Positions 50,021 to 59,582 of a stretch of 64,000 nucleotides of DNA are shown here, in pieces. The notes under the pieces are model-generated. The model had not been told where the DNA came from, ran no database searches, and saw only the letters and a list, made by a program, of their open reading frames with translations. Position 1 is the first letter of the stretch, and each line of letters starts with the position of its first letter. Source of the DNA: Bacillota bacterium (lineage in GTDB: Bacteria; Bacillota; Clostridia; Lachnospirales; Lachnospiraceae). The stretch is taken from positions 14,512 through 78,511 of the forward strand of contig JAEZRJ010000080.1 of the NCBI GenBank assembly GCA_023412855.1, written 5' to 3'. Position numbers and translations under genes: made by a program.

Positions 50021-51133
50021 ATGGAATTAAGCATAGAAGAAGTTAAGAACGAGGTTGCAGCGAGGTTCCGGCTTCCGGGTGAAGTTACCCTGCTGCAGCC
50101 CTATGGAAACGGTCATATCAATGATACGTTTTGTCTGACCTGCGCACTTGGGGAAGGCAAAACAAAGCGGTATATTTTACAGAGAATGAATGACGATATT
50201 TTTAACAGTCCGAAAGAGCTTATGGAAAATGTAGTGAATGTAACCTCCTTTTTACGAGAAAAGATTATTGCTGCAGGCGGCAATCCGGATAGAGAAACAT
50301 TGAATGTGGTTCCTGCGGCAGATGGAGGAAATTATCTGGAGTATAAGGGTTATTTCTTTCGCATGTATATCTTTATTGAAGGTGCAACCTGCTTTGAACA
50401 GGTAAAACAGCCGGAAGACTTTTATAACAGTGCGGTATCTTTTGGTAATTTCCAAAAACTGCTGGCGGATTATCCGGCGGATAGCTTACATGAAACGATC
50501 GTCAATTTTCATAATACGGCAAGCCGTTTCCGGGATTTTAAAAAGGCTGTGGAGGAAGATGTATGCGGACGTGCTGAGAATGTGAGGGAAGAAATAGAAT
50601 TTGTTCTCGCCAGAGAATCTGACACTCATGTCATATGTGATGCGCTGGCGCAGAAAAAGATACCCCTCCGCGTGACGCATAATGATACGAAGTTAAATAA
50701 TATTATGATAGATAACGAGACCGGAAAAGGTATTTGCGTGATCGATCTGGATACGGTAATGCCTGGTTCTGCACTTTATGATTATGGCGATTCTATCCGC
50801 TTTGGAGCAAACACCGGAGCGGAAGATGAGAGGAATCTGGATTTGATCTCTTTGAATCTGGAATTGTTTGATATTTATACAAAAGGGTATCTGGAAGGAT
50901 GCGGAGGCAGTCTGACGAAGGAAGAGATAGAACTGCTTCCCATGGGAGCCAAGCTGATGACTTTTGAATGCGGTATGCGCTTTCTGGCAGATTATCTGAA
51001 AGGAGATGTGTATTTTAAGATTCACAAACCCGAACATAACCTGGACAGATGCCGCACACAGTTCCGGCTTGTGGCAGATATGGAGTCGAAATGGGAGCAG
51101 ATGAATGCTATTGTAAGAAAGTACAGTAAATAA
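50021..51133 (+). CDS. nahK: N-acetylhexosamine 1-kinase-like phosphotransferase (NahK/LnpB family)
   Basis: GNGHINDTF, YILQRMN, LHETIVNFHNT, RVTHNDTKLNN, IDLDTVMPG, YDYGDSIR, RFLADYL; GH112 context. Confidence 0.8.
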   Translation: MELSIEEVKNEVAARFRLPGEVTLLQPYGNGHINDTFCLTCALGEGKTKRYILQRMNDDIFNSPKELMENVVNVTSFLREKIIAAGGNPDRETLNVVPAADGGNYLEYKGYFFRMYIFIEGATCFEQVKQPEDFYNSAVSFGNFQKLLADYPADSLHETIVNFHNTASRFRDFKKAVEEDVCGRAENVREEIEFVLARESDTHVICDALAQKKIPLRVTHNDTKLNNIMIDNETGKGICVIDLDTVMPGSALYDYGDSIRFGANTGAEDERNLDLISLNLELFDIYTKGYLEGCGGSLTKEEIELLPMGAKLMTFECGMRFLADYLKGDVYFKIHKPEHNLDRCRTQFRLVADMESKWEQMNAIVRKYSK

Positions 51134-51144
51134 AGGATCGTCTA

Positions 51145-51178
51145 TAAAAACGCCGGTGATTTGCAATCGGCGTTTTTA
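51145..51178. terminator. Bidirectional terminator between kinase and araC
   Basis: TAAAAACGCCGGT / ATCGGCGTTTTTA. Confidence 0.7.
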
Positions 51179-52036
51179 TGTTTCGGCCTTTTTAATACTA
51201 GGGGCATGCATTTTCCGGTATTGCTGAGGAGTCATTCCAACAGTCTTTTTAAACGTCTGGGAAAAATAGGACTGGGAGGAAAAACCGGTGCCGGAAGCTA
51301 CCTGTGCAATGGAATGGTTGGTATTAATTAGAAGCTCCATACTTGCCTTCAGCCGCTTATCGGTAAGGTAACTGATGGGGGATTGCCCCAGACAGCTTGC
51401 AAAAGAATGAGCAAGGTAATATTTATTAATATGGGTAACCTCCGCAAGTGAGTCCAGCGTAATATTTTTTGTATAGTTGATATCGATATAGCGTTTTGCG
51501 AGCGCACATTCTTTCGATATTTTGAATGTGGAATCCGAGATGATGGATAGATGCTGCTCCCTTGATATATAAATGAGGAGAACTTGTAAAATACTTTGGC
51601 ATACGACATCGAATCCGGATTTCTTTTCGCGGAATTCTTTTAACATAAGCTGGGCAAAATCAACCAGATGGTTCTTAGAGGAGGTATAGCTGTAATAGCT
51701 GTAATTTTTCCTGCCTTCCTCTTTCATGTGTTCGAAAGAAAAAGCCAGTCCATCCACGCCGAATACAATATATTCCATGGGGTCATTCGTCATAGTCTTT
51801 TCCGTATGTTCGATATGAGGATTAATAATGACCAGGTCGTTTGGCTTTACAGGAACGAGCTCATTTTCGATTAAAAAGACGCCTCTTCCGCTGATAACAT
51901 AAAAAAGTTCGGTAAAATGATGTGTGTGCGGAAGACTCTGCCAATCTCCTTCATATTTGGAAATGGAGATGTAACGAAGGGTGAAATTGACTTTTGATAA
52001 TTCTTTTTTTTCTAACTGGATACTTTCATTACTCAT
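51176..52036 (-). CDS. AraC family transcriptional regulator (cupin + HTH)
   Basis: PHTHHFTELFYVISGRG cupin; NKYYLAHSF, GFSSQSYFSQTFKK...TPQQYR; GGAAAGG RBS before 52036; divergent from the ABC operon. Confidence 0.9.
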   Translation of the reverse strand: MSNESIQLEKKELSKVNFTLRYISISKYEGDWQSLPHTHHFTELFYVISGRGVFLIENELVPVKPNDLVIINPHIEHTEKTMTNDPMEYIVFGVDGLAFSFEHMKEEGRKNYSYYSYTSSKNHLVDFAQLMLKEFREKKSGFDVVCQSILQVLLIYISREQHLSIISDSTFKISKECALAKRYIDINYTKNITLDSLAEVTHINKYYLAHSFASCLGQSPISYLTDKRLKASMELLINTNHSIAQVASGTGFSSQSYFSQTFKKTVGMTPQQYRKMHAPSIKKAET

Positions 52037-52296
52037 TGCAAGATACCTTTCCTGAATATGGATTGTAATATTTGTATTTGGGATACTATAAACGTTACGT
52101 TTTGTGCGATAATGCTTCACCTTTGACAATAATATATTTTAGTATTTTCATGTTTTTTTATAAAATAAAAATAAAATAGACAATAATATAACAAAGGAAT
52201 TGTTTATAATATCCAATTTGATATATTTTATATTTACTAATTTTATGCAATTATACATCAATGATGGAGGAAAATAAAGTTTTTTATTATGAATAT

Positions 52297-52359
52297 AGCA
52301 AGTAAGATAAAAAATATAGCAACATACAAATTGAATGAGGCAAAATAAATAGATATACT
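52297..52359 (+). promoter_or_regulatory. AraC-type activator site and promoter of the ABC-GH112-sulfatase operon
   Basis: AATATAGCAA repeated at 21-bp period; AGCAACATA-N3-A-TTGAAT-N17-TATACT. Confidence 0.7.
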
Positions 52360-52407
52360 AATTATACAAGAAAATAATTGGTTGTTATTAACAAAAGGAG
52401 GAACTAA

Positions 52408-53814
52408 ATGAAAAAGAGAGTAATATCTGTTCTATTGGCTACAGCAATGGTTGTAGGTACATTGGCAGGCTGTGGAAGCACAGCACCGGCAAAAGAAGAA
52501 GCACCGGCAGCAGATGAAACACAAGCGCCTGCTGAAGATGCACAGGAAACAGAGACTGAGGAGGCTTCTGCACAAGCTCTTGAAGGAACCTTGAAAGTGG
52601 CAGCATTTGACGGCGGATACGGCACGCAGATGTGGACGGAAGTAACAAATAAGTTTATGGAAAATAACCCGGGTGTTACCATTGAACTTACGGCAGAAAA
52701 AAATCTGGAAGAAGTGATCAGCCCTCTTATGAAAGCAGGCGATTATCCTGACTTCGTATATCTGGCGACAGGACGTGAACTGGCACTTCCCGAAACATTA
52801 TTAAAAGATAATGCGATTATGAATATTACGGATGTATTATCCATGACGGTACCTGGCGAAGACATAGCAGTAGGGGACAAGATCATTACCGGTTTTACAG
52901 ATACATTGGTAACAAATCCTTATAATGACGGCGAAACATATCTTGCGCCGATGTTCTACAGCCCTTGCGGACTTTGGTATGATGCCAACCTTTTAGAAAC
53001 AAAAGGCTGGAAAGTGCCTCAGACATGGGATGAAATGTGGGAGCTTGGAGATAAGGCAAAAGCGGAAGGAATTTCCTTATTTACTTATCCGGTAGCAGGA
53101 TACTTTGATGCATTTATATTTGGAATGCTGACAGAAGCCGGAGGAACTGATTTCTATAACAGAGCTATGAGCTATGAAGATGGTATATGGGAAACGCCGG
53201 AAGCAAAAGAAGTATTCGAAATCGTCGGCAAGCTTGCGGAATATATGGAGCCTACCACAGTCGGTAATGCAAATAAAGATAACTTTAAGAAGAATCAGCA
53301 GTTGGTATTGGATGACAAAGCGATCTTTATGCCCAACGGAAACTGGATCATTGGAGAAATGGCAGATGCTCCGAGAGCGGAAGGCTTTAAATGGGGATTC
53401 GCACCTCTTCCGGCAATAAAAGCAGGCGGTGAACAGTGTGCGTTTACTTTCTTTGAACAGGCATGGATTCCTGCACAGGCAGAAAACCCGGAACTCGCAA
53501 AAGCATTCATGGCTTATCTTTATTCCGACGAAGCAGCAGAAATCTTTGCGAAAACAGGCGGAGCAATTCAGCCGATCAAAGGTGTAAGCAATTTTATTAC
53601 CGATGAAGATACAAAAACAATATATTCCGTTTATGATACGGGCGCTATCGCTTCCATGGGCGGATTTGCTGCAACAGAAGCGGTAGAAGGCGTAAGCATG
53701 AAAGATACATTATTCTTTACCATTGACAGTATTGTGACAGGTGATAAGACAGTGGAAGAATGGCAGGCAGCAGTTGAAGGCGTAAGCGATCAATTAAGAG
53801 GCGCTTTGAAGTAA
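52408..53814 (+). CDS. Carbohydrate ABC solute-binding lipoprotein (galacto-/lacto-N-biose type by context)
   Basis: LAGC lipobox, AAFDGGYG, APMFYSPCGLWY, FMPNGNW, FFEQAWIP; upstream of GH112. Confidence 0.88.
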   Translation: MKKRVISVLLATAMVVGTLAGCGSTAPAKEEAPAADETQAPAEDAQETETEEASAQALEGTLKVAAFDGGYGTQMWTEVTNKFMENNPGVTIELTAEKNLEEVISPLMKAGDYPDFVYLATGRELALPETLLKDNAIMNITDVLSMTVPGEDIAVGDKIITGFTDTLVTNPYNDGETYLAPMFYSPCGLWYDANLLETKGWKVPQTWDEMWELGDKAKAEGISLFTYPVAGYFDAFIFGMLTEAGGTDFYNRAMSYEDGIWETPEAKEVFEIVGKLAEYMEPTTVGNANKDNFKKNQQLVLDDKAIFMPNGNWIIGEMADAPRAEGFKWGFAPLPAIKAGGEQCAFTFFEQAWIPAQAENPELAKAFMAYLYSDEAAEIFAKTGGAIQPIKGVSNFITDEDTKTIYSVYDTGAIASMGGFAATEAVEGVSMKDTLFFTIDSIVTGDKTVEEWQAAVEGVSDQLRGALK

Positions 53815-53859
53815 GAACTCGCTTTAAAAAATACACGAATTGAACTTTCTGACTGAAGC

Positions 53860-53894
53860 AAGCGGTGGGTAATCAAGGCTACCCGCCGCTTTTT
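53860..53894 (+). terminator. Stem-loop after SBP gene
   Basis: AAGCGGTGGGTA / TACCCGCCGCTT plus T's. Confidence 0.65.
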
Positions 53895-53922
53895 GAGAGA
53901 AGTGTAATTAGGAGGTAGACAG

Positions 53923-54837
53923 ATGGAAAAAAGGAAAGGTAGAAAAAAGAGGAGAGGAGCATTTATTTTCTGCTGTGTTGCACCGGCAACAATCCTTATG
54001 TTTCTATTTATGATTATGCCGACGTTTAACGTATTTAAAATGTCACTCTATAAATGGGGCGGATTTTCGGCTGAAAAAACCTTTGTAGGTATTGAAAATT
54101 TTAAAAAGCTGGCGGCGGATGAGAAATTCCTTCGTTCCATGCAGAACTCCATTCTCATTATTGTTGTTGTAACCGTTATAACTATGGCGCTGGCAATTAT
54201 TTTTGCAGCCATTTTATCCAGACAGAAGCTGAAAGGACAGGGATTTTTCCGGGTTGTATTTTATATTCCGAATATCCTATCCATAGTTGTAATTTCCGCG
54301 ATTTTTTCTGCGATATATGACCAGCGTGACGGTCTTTTAAATACTTTTATTTACTTGTTCCGTCCGGTAGGAGAAAACGGAGAAGGGCTGATCGCGTGGC
54401 TCGGTAATCAGAAACTGGTTATATGGGCAATCGTTATCGCATTGATCTGGCAGGCAATCGGCTACTATATGGTAATGTATATGGCGAGTATGGCAAGTGT
54501 CCCGGAAAGCATCTATGAGTCTGCGTCCATTGAAGGAGCGGGAGGCATCACGCAGTTTTTTACGATGACATTGCCTCTTATATGGAGCAATATAAGGACG
54601 ACACTTACCTTTTTTATTATCAGTACCATTAATTTAAGCTTTATGCTGGTAAAGGCAATGACCGGCGGCGGACCTGACGGGGCCTCCGATGTATTTTTGA
54701 ATTATATGTACAGCCAGGCTTACACGAATTCTTCTTATGGATATGGTATGGCTATCGGTGTAGTAGTATTTATTTTCTCATTTGCGCTTTCGGGTATTGT
54801 GAATGCAGTGACAAAACGCGAAACGCTGGAATTTTAG
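53923..54837 (+). CDS. Carbohydrate ABC permease
   Basis: FYIPNILS, WQAIGYYMV, ESASIEGA EAA loop. Confidence 0.9.
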   Translation: MEKRKGRKKRRGAFIFCCVAPATILMFLFMIMPTFNVFKMSLYKWGGFSAEKTFVGIENFKKLAADEKFLRSMQNSILIIVVVTVITMALAIIFAAILSRQKLKGQGFFRVVFYIPNILSIVVISAIFSAIYDQRDGLLNTFIYLFRPVGENGEGLIAWLGNQKLVIWAIVIALIWQAIGYYMVMYMASMASVPESIYESASIEGAGGITQFFTMTLPLIWSNIRTTLTFFIISTINLSFMLVKAMTGGGPDGASDVFLNYMYSQAYTNSSYGYGMAIGVVVFIFSFALSGIVNAVTKRETLEF

Positions 54838-54852
54838 AAAGGAGGCCCTGTA

Positions 54853-55737
54853 ATGAATAAAAAGCATAATTATTCTAAAGTTATGACGCAGTTTTTTGTG
54901 TATCTGGCTTTGATCATCTTTGCCGTGACTATCGTTGTTCCGGTTGCATGGGTATTTATGGCCTCTTTGAAAGAGAATGCTGAATTTTACGGGAGGAGTC
55001 CATGGACACTTCCTGAGGGACTCAATTTTCAGAATTTTATAGATGCCTTTGAGAAGGCCAATATGGGAACCTATATGGTGAATTCTATTATTGTAACAAT
55101 ATTGGCACTCGGTTTTTTGCTGTTGATCGCCATTCCGGCGGCTTATGTATTGGCGAGATACCGCTTTAAAGGCAGTAAGATCCTCAATATAGTATTTATG
55201 GCAGGTTTATTTGTAAATGTAAATTATATCGTTGTTCCCATTTTCCTCATGCTGGTGGATGGAGATACCTTCCTGCGGGGACATGGTATGCCCCCGATGC
55301 TGCTGAATAATCTTATTATGCTGGCTCTTATTTACGCATCTACCCATCTGCCGTTTACCGTATATCTTTTATCCGGATTTTTTGCATCTATTCCGAAGGA
55401 CTATGAAGAGGCGGCGTTTGTGGACGGAAGCGGTTACGTGCGTACTATGGCAACGATTATGATTCCTATGGCCAGACCGGCTGTTATTACCATTATTTTA
55501 TTTAATTTCCTTGCATTTTGGAATGAATATATTATTTCTATGACTTTGATGACAAAAGATAAGTTTAAGACACTTCCGGTAGGCTTAATGAATTTGGTAA
55601 GCGCGCAAAAGGCATCAACAAATTATGGACAGTTGTATGCGGGACTTGTCATTGTCATGCTTCCTACATTGATACTATACATGCTGGTACAAAGGCGTTT
55701 GACGCAGGGTATGAGCCTGGGCGGCCTGAAAGGATAG
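54853..55737 (+). CDS. Carbohydrate ABC permease
   Basis: EEAAFVDG EAA loop, FWNEY, TLPVGL, GGLKG end. Confidence 0.9.
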   Translation: MNKKHNYSKVMTQFFVYLALIIFAVTIVVPVAWVFMASLKENAEFYGRSPWTLPEGLNFQNFIDAFEKANMGTYMVNSIIVTILALGFLLLIAIPAAYVLARYRFKGSKILNIVFMAGLFVNVNYIVVPIFLMLVDGDTFLRGHGMPPMLLNNLIMLALIYASTHLPFTVYLLSGFFASIPKDYEEAAFVDGSGYVRTMATIMIPMARPAVITIILFNFLAFWNEYIISMTLMTKDKFKTLPVGLMNLVSAQKASTNYGQLYAGLVIVMLPTLILYMLVQRRLTQGMSLGGLKG

Positions 55738-55747
55738 GAGGATAGTT

Positions 55748-55924
55748 ATGGAAGGGAAAATACTGCTGATAGTAAAAACAGTGAAGATAATTTTATTTGT
55801 AATTTTTTTAATGATGATCATATGGGGACAGAAGCAGATTGGTTATGTAAACCTTGGCGTTATGCTGGCCGGTCTTGCCGGACTGCTTATGCTTTTGTAC
55901 TCTTACAATAAAAAGTACCGATAG
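55748..55924 (+). CDS. Small 58-aa two-TM membrane protein (below the ORF-track cut-off)
   Basis: AGGAGG RBS; MEGKILLIVKTVKIILFVIFLMMIIWGQKQIGYVNLGVMLAGLAGLLMLLYSYNKKYR*; fills the gap between permease and GH112. Confidence 0.8.
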   Translation: MEGKILLIVKTVKIILFVIFLMMIIWGQKQIGYVNLGVMLAGLAGLLMLLYSYNKKYR

Positions 55925-55948
55925 AAAAAAAGAATAAAGGAGAGGATT

Positions 55949-58108
55949 ATGCTGATGACTGGCAGGCTGACATTACCTACCGACATAGATATGGTAGACG
56001 AGACAATAAGACTGAAAAATCTTCTTGGAGCGGATGCGCTGCGAGATTGTGACGGAACGGCGATGCCGGAGGAACTTTTAACTCAGAGCGCTAAAAAATA
56101 TGCAACCTATTATACGACAAGAAAAGATAACGATTGGGCGAAGGATAATCCCGAGGAAATCCAGCAGGAATATTTGCTCAGTGACCGTGTGACGGCAAGA
56201 GATACAAAGCTTAGGATTAAACTGATGAAAGGGTTTCATACCGAACAGTTGAAGGTAAATACAATCGACGATCCAAAACGATGGTGGGAGGTTGTAGACA
56301 GGACGACCGGAGAGGTAGTTCCCGTGTATAAATGGGAATTTGACGGCGAAACGGAAGAGGTAGTGATTGAGTCGGTGAAATACCATCAATATACGGTAAG
56401 CTTTCTGGCCTTTCTTGTCTGGGACCCGGTGCACATGTATAATTTCATTACAAATGACTGGAAAGAGGCGCCCCACCAGCTGACCTTTGATGTAAGGCAG
56501 CCGAAGACACAAATACATGTGAAAGAAAAACTGAAAAGATGGTGTGAAGAAAATCCTCACATCGACGTAGTGCGGTTTACTACATTTTTTCATCAATTTA
56601 CTTTGACTTTTGACGAAAATAAGCGTGAAAAATATGTGGAATGGTTCGGATACAGCGCAAGCGTAAGCCCTTATATTCTGGAACAGTTTGAAAAGTGGGC
56701 CGGATACAAATTCCGTCCGGAGTTTATCGTAGATCAGGGTTATCATAATTCTCTGTTCCGGGTACCGAGCAAAGAATTCAAGGATTTCATTGAATTCCAG
56801 CAGATAGAAGTCAGTAAGCTGGCAAAAGAAATGGTAAATATTGTACATGAATACGGCAAAGAGGCGATGATGTTCCTCGGCGACCACTGGATCGGAACAG
56901 AGCCCTTCGGAAAGTATTTTCAGGATATCGGATTGGATGCTGTGGTAGGTTCGGTAGGCGATGGAGTGACACTCCGTATGATTTCTGATATTAAAGGAGT
57001 AGAATATACGGAAGGAAGGCTTCTTCCTTATTTCTTCCCGGATGTATTCTGCGAAGGGGGAGATCCTATCGGCGAAGCGCAGGATAACTGGCTGAAGGCA
57101 AGACGTGCAATTTTACGTTCGCCGCTTGATCGTATCGGATACGGCGGATATTTGAAACTCGCTTCAGAATGGCCGGGATTTATTGATGAGATAAAATATG
57201 TGGTAAATGAGTTCCGTCTCATTCATGAAAATATGCAGGGCACAAAAGCTTATACTGCACCGTTTAAGGTCGCGGTTTTAAATTGCTGGGGAAATTTGAG
57301 AAGATGGATGGCAAATCAGGTGCATCATGCCATATGGCATAGAGAAATTTATTCTTATGTAGGTGTGATTGAATGTTTGAGCGGTATGCCTTTCGATGTA
57401 GAATTTATTACATTTGATGAGATTAGAAATGGAATAGCGGAAGATATCAAGGTAATCATTAATGCGGGAGATGCTTATACATCCTTCAGCGGAGCAGAAA
57501 ACTGGATCGATCCGGAAGTTGTGACCTCTTTACGAGAATTTGTGGATAACGGAGGCGGCTTTATCGGCGTGGGAGAACCTACGGCATATCAGTTTGAAGG
57601 CCGATATTTCCAGCTGAGCGACGTACTCGGTGTAGACAGGGAAATGTGCTTTTCTCTCAGCACCGATAAATATAATGAACTGGATGCCGATCATTTTATT
57701 CTGGAAGATATTGAAGGAAGTGTGGATTTCGGAGAAGGCATGAGCCGCATTTATGCGCAGGGAGAGAATTACCAGATTTTAAATAAGGACGGAGAGTACA
57801 GCAGGCTTGTCGTGAATGAGTATGGAAAAGGACACAGCGTCTATTTTGCGGGGCTTCCGTATTCGCCCCAGAACTGCCGTATCCTGCTTCGCGCGATTTA
57901 CTATGCGGCAGGTATGGAAAGCGAAATGAAGAAATACTACGTAACAAATGTGGATACCGAAGTAACGGTGTTTGAAAAGACCGGAAAAGCTGCGGTAATC
58001 AATAATGCAAGGCAGGCAAAACATACAGAGCTTTATATTGACGGCAGACTGGCATATAGTCTGGACCTGAACCCTATGGAAATGAGATGGGTAGACTGCG
58101 GCAAGTAG
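55949..58108 (+). CDS. gnpA: 1,3-beta-galactosyl-N-acetylhexosamine phosphorylase (GH112)
   Basis: GRLTLPTD, GADALRDCDGT, WDPVHMYN, VRFTTFFHQF, MFLGDHWIGTEP, EGRLLPYFFPD, DRIGYGGYLKLA. Confidence 0.95.
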   Translation: MLMTGRLTLPTDIDMVDETIRLKNLLGADALRDCDGTAMPEELLTQSAKKYATYYTTRKDNDWAKDNPEEIQQEYLLSDRVTARDTKLRIKLMKGFHTEQLKVNTIDDPKRWWEVVDRTTGEVVPVYKWEFDGETEEVVIESVKYHQYTVSFLAFLVWDPVHMYNFITNDWKEAPHQLTFDVRQPKTQIHVKEKLKRWCEENPHIDVVRFTTFFHQFTLTFDENKREKYVEWFGYSASVSPYILEQFEKWAGYKFRPEFIVDQGYHNSLFRVPSKEFKDFIEFQQIEVSKLAKEMVNIVHEYGKEAMMFLGDHWIGTEPFGKYFQDIGLDAVVGSVGDGVTLRMISDIKGVEYTEGRLLPYFFPDVFCEGGDPIGEAQDNWLKARRAILRSPLDRIGYGGYLKLASEWPGFIDEIKYVVNEFRLIHENMQGTKAYTAPFKVAVLNCWGNLRRWMANQVHHAIWHREIYSYVGVIECLSGMPFDVEFITFDEIRNGIAEDIKVIINAGDAYTSFSGAENWIDPEVVTSLREFVDNGGGFIGVGEPTAYQFEGRYFQLSDVLGVDREMCFSLSTDKYNELDADHFILEDIEGSVDFGEGMSRIYAQGENYQILNKDGEYSRLVVNEYGKGHSVYFAGLPYSPQNCRILLRAIYYAAGMESEMKKYYVTNVDTEVTVFEKTGKAAVINNARQAKHTELYIDGRLAYSLDLNPMEMRWVDCGK

Positions 58109-58139
58109 AGGATAATGCAAGAAAGGCATGGTTATTATT

Positions 58140-59492
58140 ATGGAAAAACCTAATATTTTGTTTTATTTTTCCGACCAGCAAAGATGGGATACGATAGGCT
58201 GTTACGGACAGCCCCTTCCCATTACTCCCAACTTGGATAAGCTGGCAGAGGAGGGCGTAGTTTTTGAAGAGGCTTATACGCCCCAGCCTGTCTGCGGACC
58301 TTGCCGCGCTATTTTTCAGACAGGGCAGTATCCGACACAAATGGGATGCTTCAAAAATGGAATCTCACTGCCGGATGATGTGAAGGTGGTTGCCGATTAC
58401 ATGTATGAAGCGGGTTATGACTGCGCGTATATAGGGAAGTGGCATTTGGCCAGCGATGATGCGGGAAGTACAAAACCGGAGGCGGATTATGCGACAACGG
58501 CCATTCCCCCGGAAAAACGAGGCGGTTATAAAGGCTTTTGGCGTGCGTCCGATATTCTTGAGTTTACGTCTCATGGATATGACGGGTATGTATATGACGA
58601 GAATATGAATAAATGCGAATTCAAGGGATACCGCGTAGACAAGATTACGGATTATGCTTTGGAATATCTGGAAAATTGTGATGGAAACCAGCCGTTTTTT
58701 ATGACGATTTCTCACATTGAGCCGCATCATCAAAATGACCGTAAGCATTACGAAGGGCCGGACGGTTCGAAAGAAAGCTTTAAGGATTTTGTACTGCCGG
58801 GCGATTTGGAGGCCTTAGGAGGTAACGCCAGAGAAGAATACCCGGATTATCTTGGCTGCTGCAAAAGCCTCGATGATAATCTGGGAAGAGTGGTGGAAAA
58901 ACTTAAGGAAAAAGGATTATACGAGAATACGATCATTATATATTCGTCGGACCACGGTTCTCATTTCCAGACAAGGAATAAAGACAGCCATTTAAACGGA
59001 GGAGATGATTATAAGCGCTCCTGTCACTCCTCGGTTCTTCATGTGCCCCTCATTATTGCGGGACCGGGTTTCCGGGGAAAGAGACGTATCGGAGAGCTGG
59101 TAAGTACGATAAGTCTTCCTAAGACATTTCTTGCCATGACAGGAATCCATGCAGGAGCCGCCATGGCGGGGGAAAATCTGCAGGAGGTATTGGAAGGGAG
59201 TGCGCAGGGAAGAGAAAACACAGTTTTTGCTCAAATCAGCGAGAGCCGTGTAGGGAGATGCATCCGGACGCAGGACTATCTTTTCAGCGTATATGCTCCG
59301 GATAAAAACGGGTTTGAATATGCGGACAGCGATGTGTATGCACCGGACTTTCTGTATGATTTGAAAAAAGACCCTTATGAGCTTTATAATGTTGTAAATG
59401 ATGAAGCTTATAAAGAAATAAAAGAGGATATGAAAAAGCTGCTTATCAGAGAAATGAAGAAAGCGGGAGAAAAAGAACCTGTTATTAAATAG
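58140..59492 (+). CDS. Cys-type formylglycine-dependent (S1) sulfatase, cytoplasmic
   Basis: KPNILFYFSDQQR, CGPCR (CxPxR), GKWHL, SDHG; no signal peptide; start 58128 or 58140. Confidence 0.9.
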   Translation: MEKPNILFYFSDQQRWDTIGCYGQPLPITPNLDKLAEEGVVFEEAYTPQPVCGPCRAIFQTGQYPTQMGCFKNGISLPDDVKVVADYMYEAGYDCAYIGKWHLASDDAGSTKPEADYATTAIPPEKRGGYKGFWRASDILEFTSHGYDGYVYDENMNKCEFKGYRVDKITDYALEYLENCDGNQPFFMTISHIEPHHQNDRKHYEGPDGSKESFKDFVLPGDLEALGGNAREEYPDYLGCCKSLDDNLGRVVEKLKEKGLYENTIIIYSSDHGSHFQTRNKDSHLNGGDDYKRSCHSSVLHVPLIIAGPGFRGKRRIGELVSTISLPKTFLAMTGIHAGAAMAGENLQEVLEGSAQGRENTVFAQISESRVGRCIRTQDYLFSVYAPDKNGFEYADSDVYAPDFLYDLKKDPYELYNVVNDEAYKEIKEDMKKLLIREMKKAGEKEPVIK

Positions 59493-59511
59493 CATATCTG
59501 CCTATCAGGGA

Positions 59512-59550
59512 CAGTAAGCCATACCGGTTATTATACGGTATGGCTTACTG
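59512..59550 (+). other. Perfect 15-bp stem-loop between sulfatase and maturase, no U-tract
   Basis: CAGTAAGCCATACCG / CGGTATGGCTTACTG. Confidence 0.6.
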
Positions 59551-59582
59551 CACAGTGAAAAGCAGCAGGAAAGGAGAAGGGT

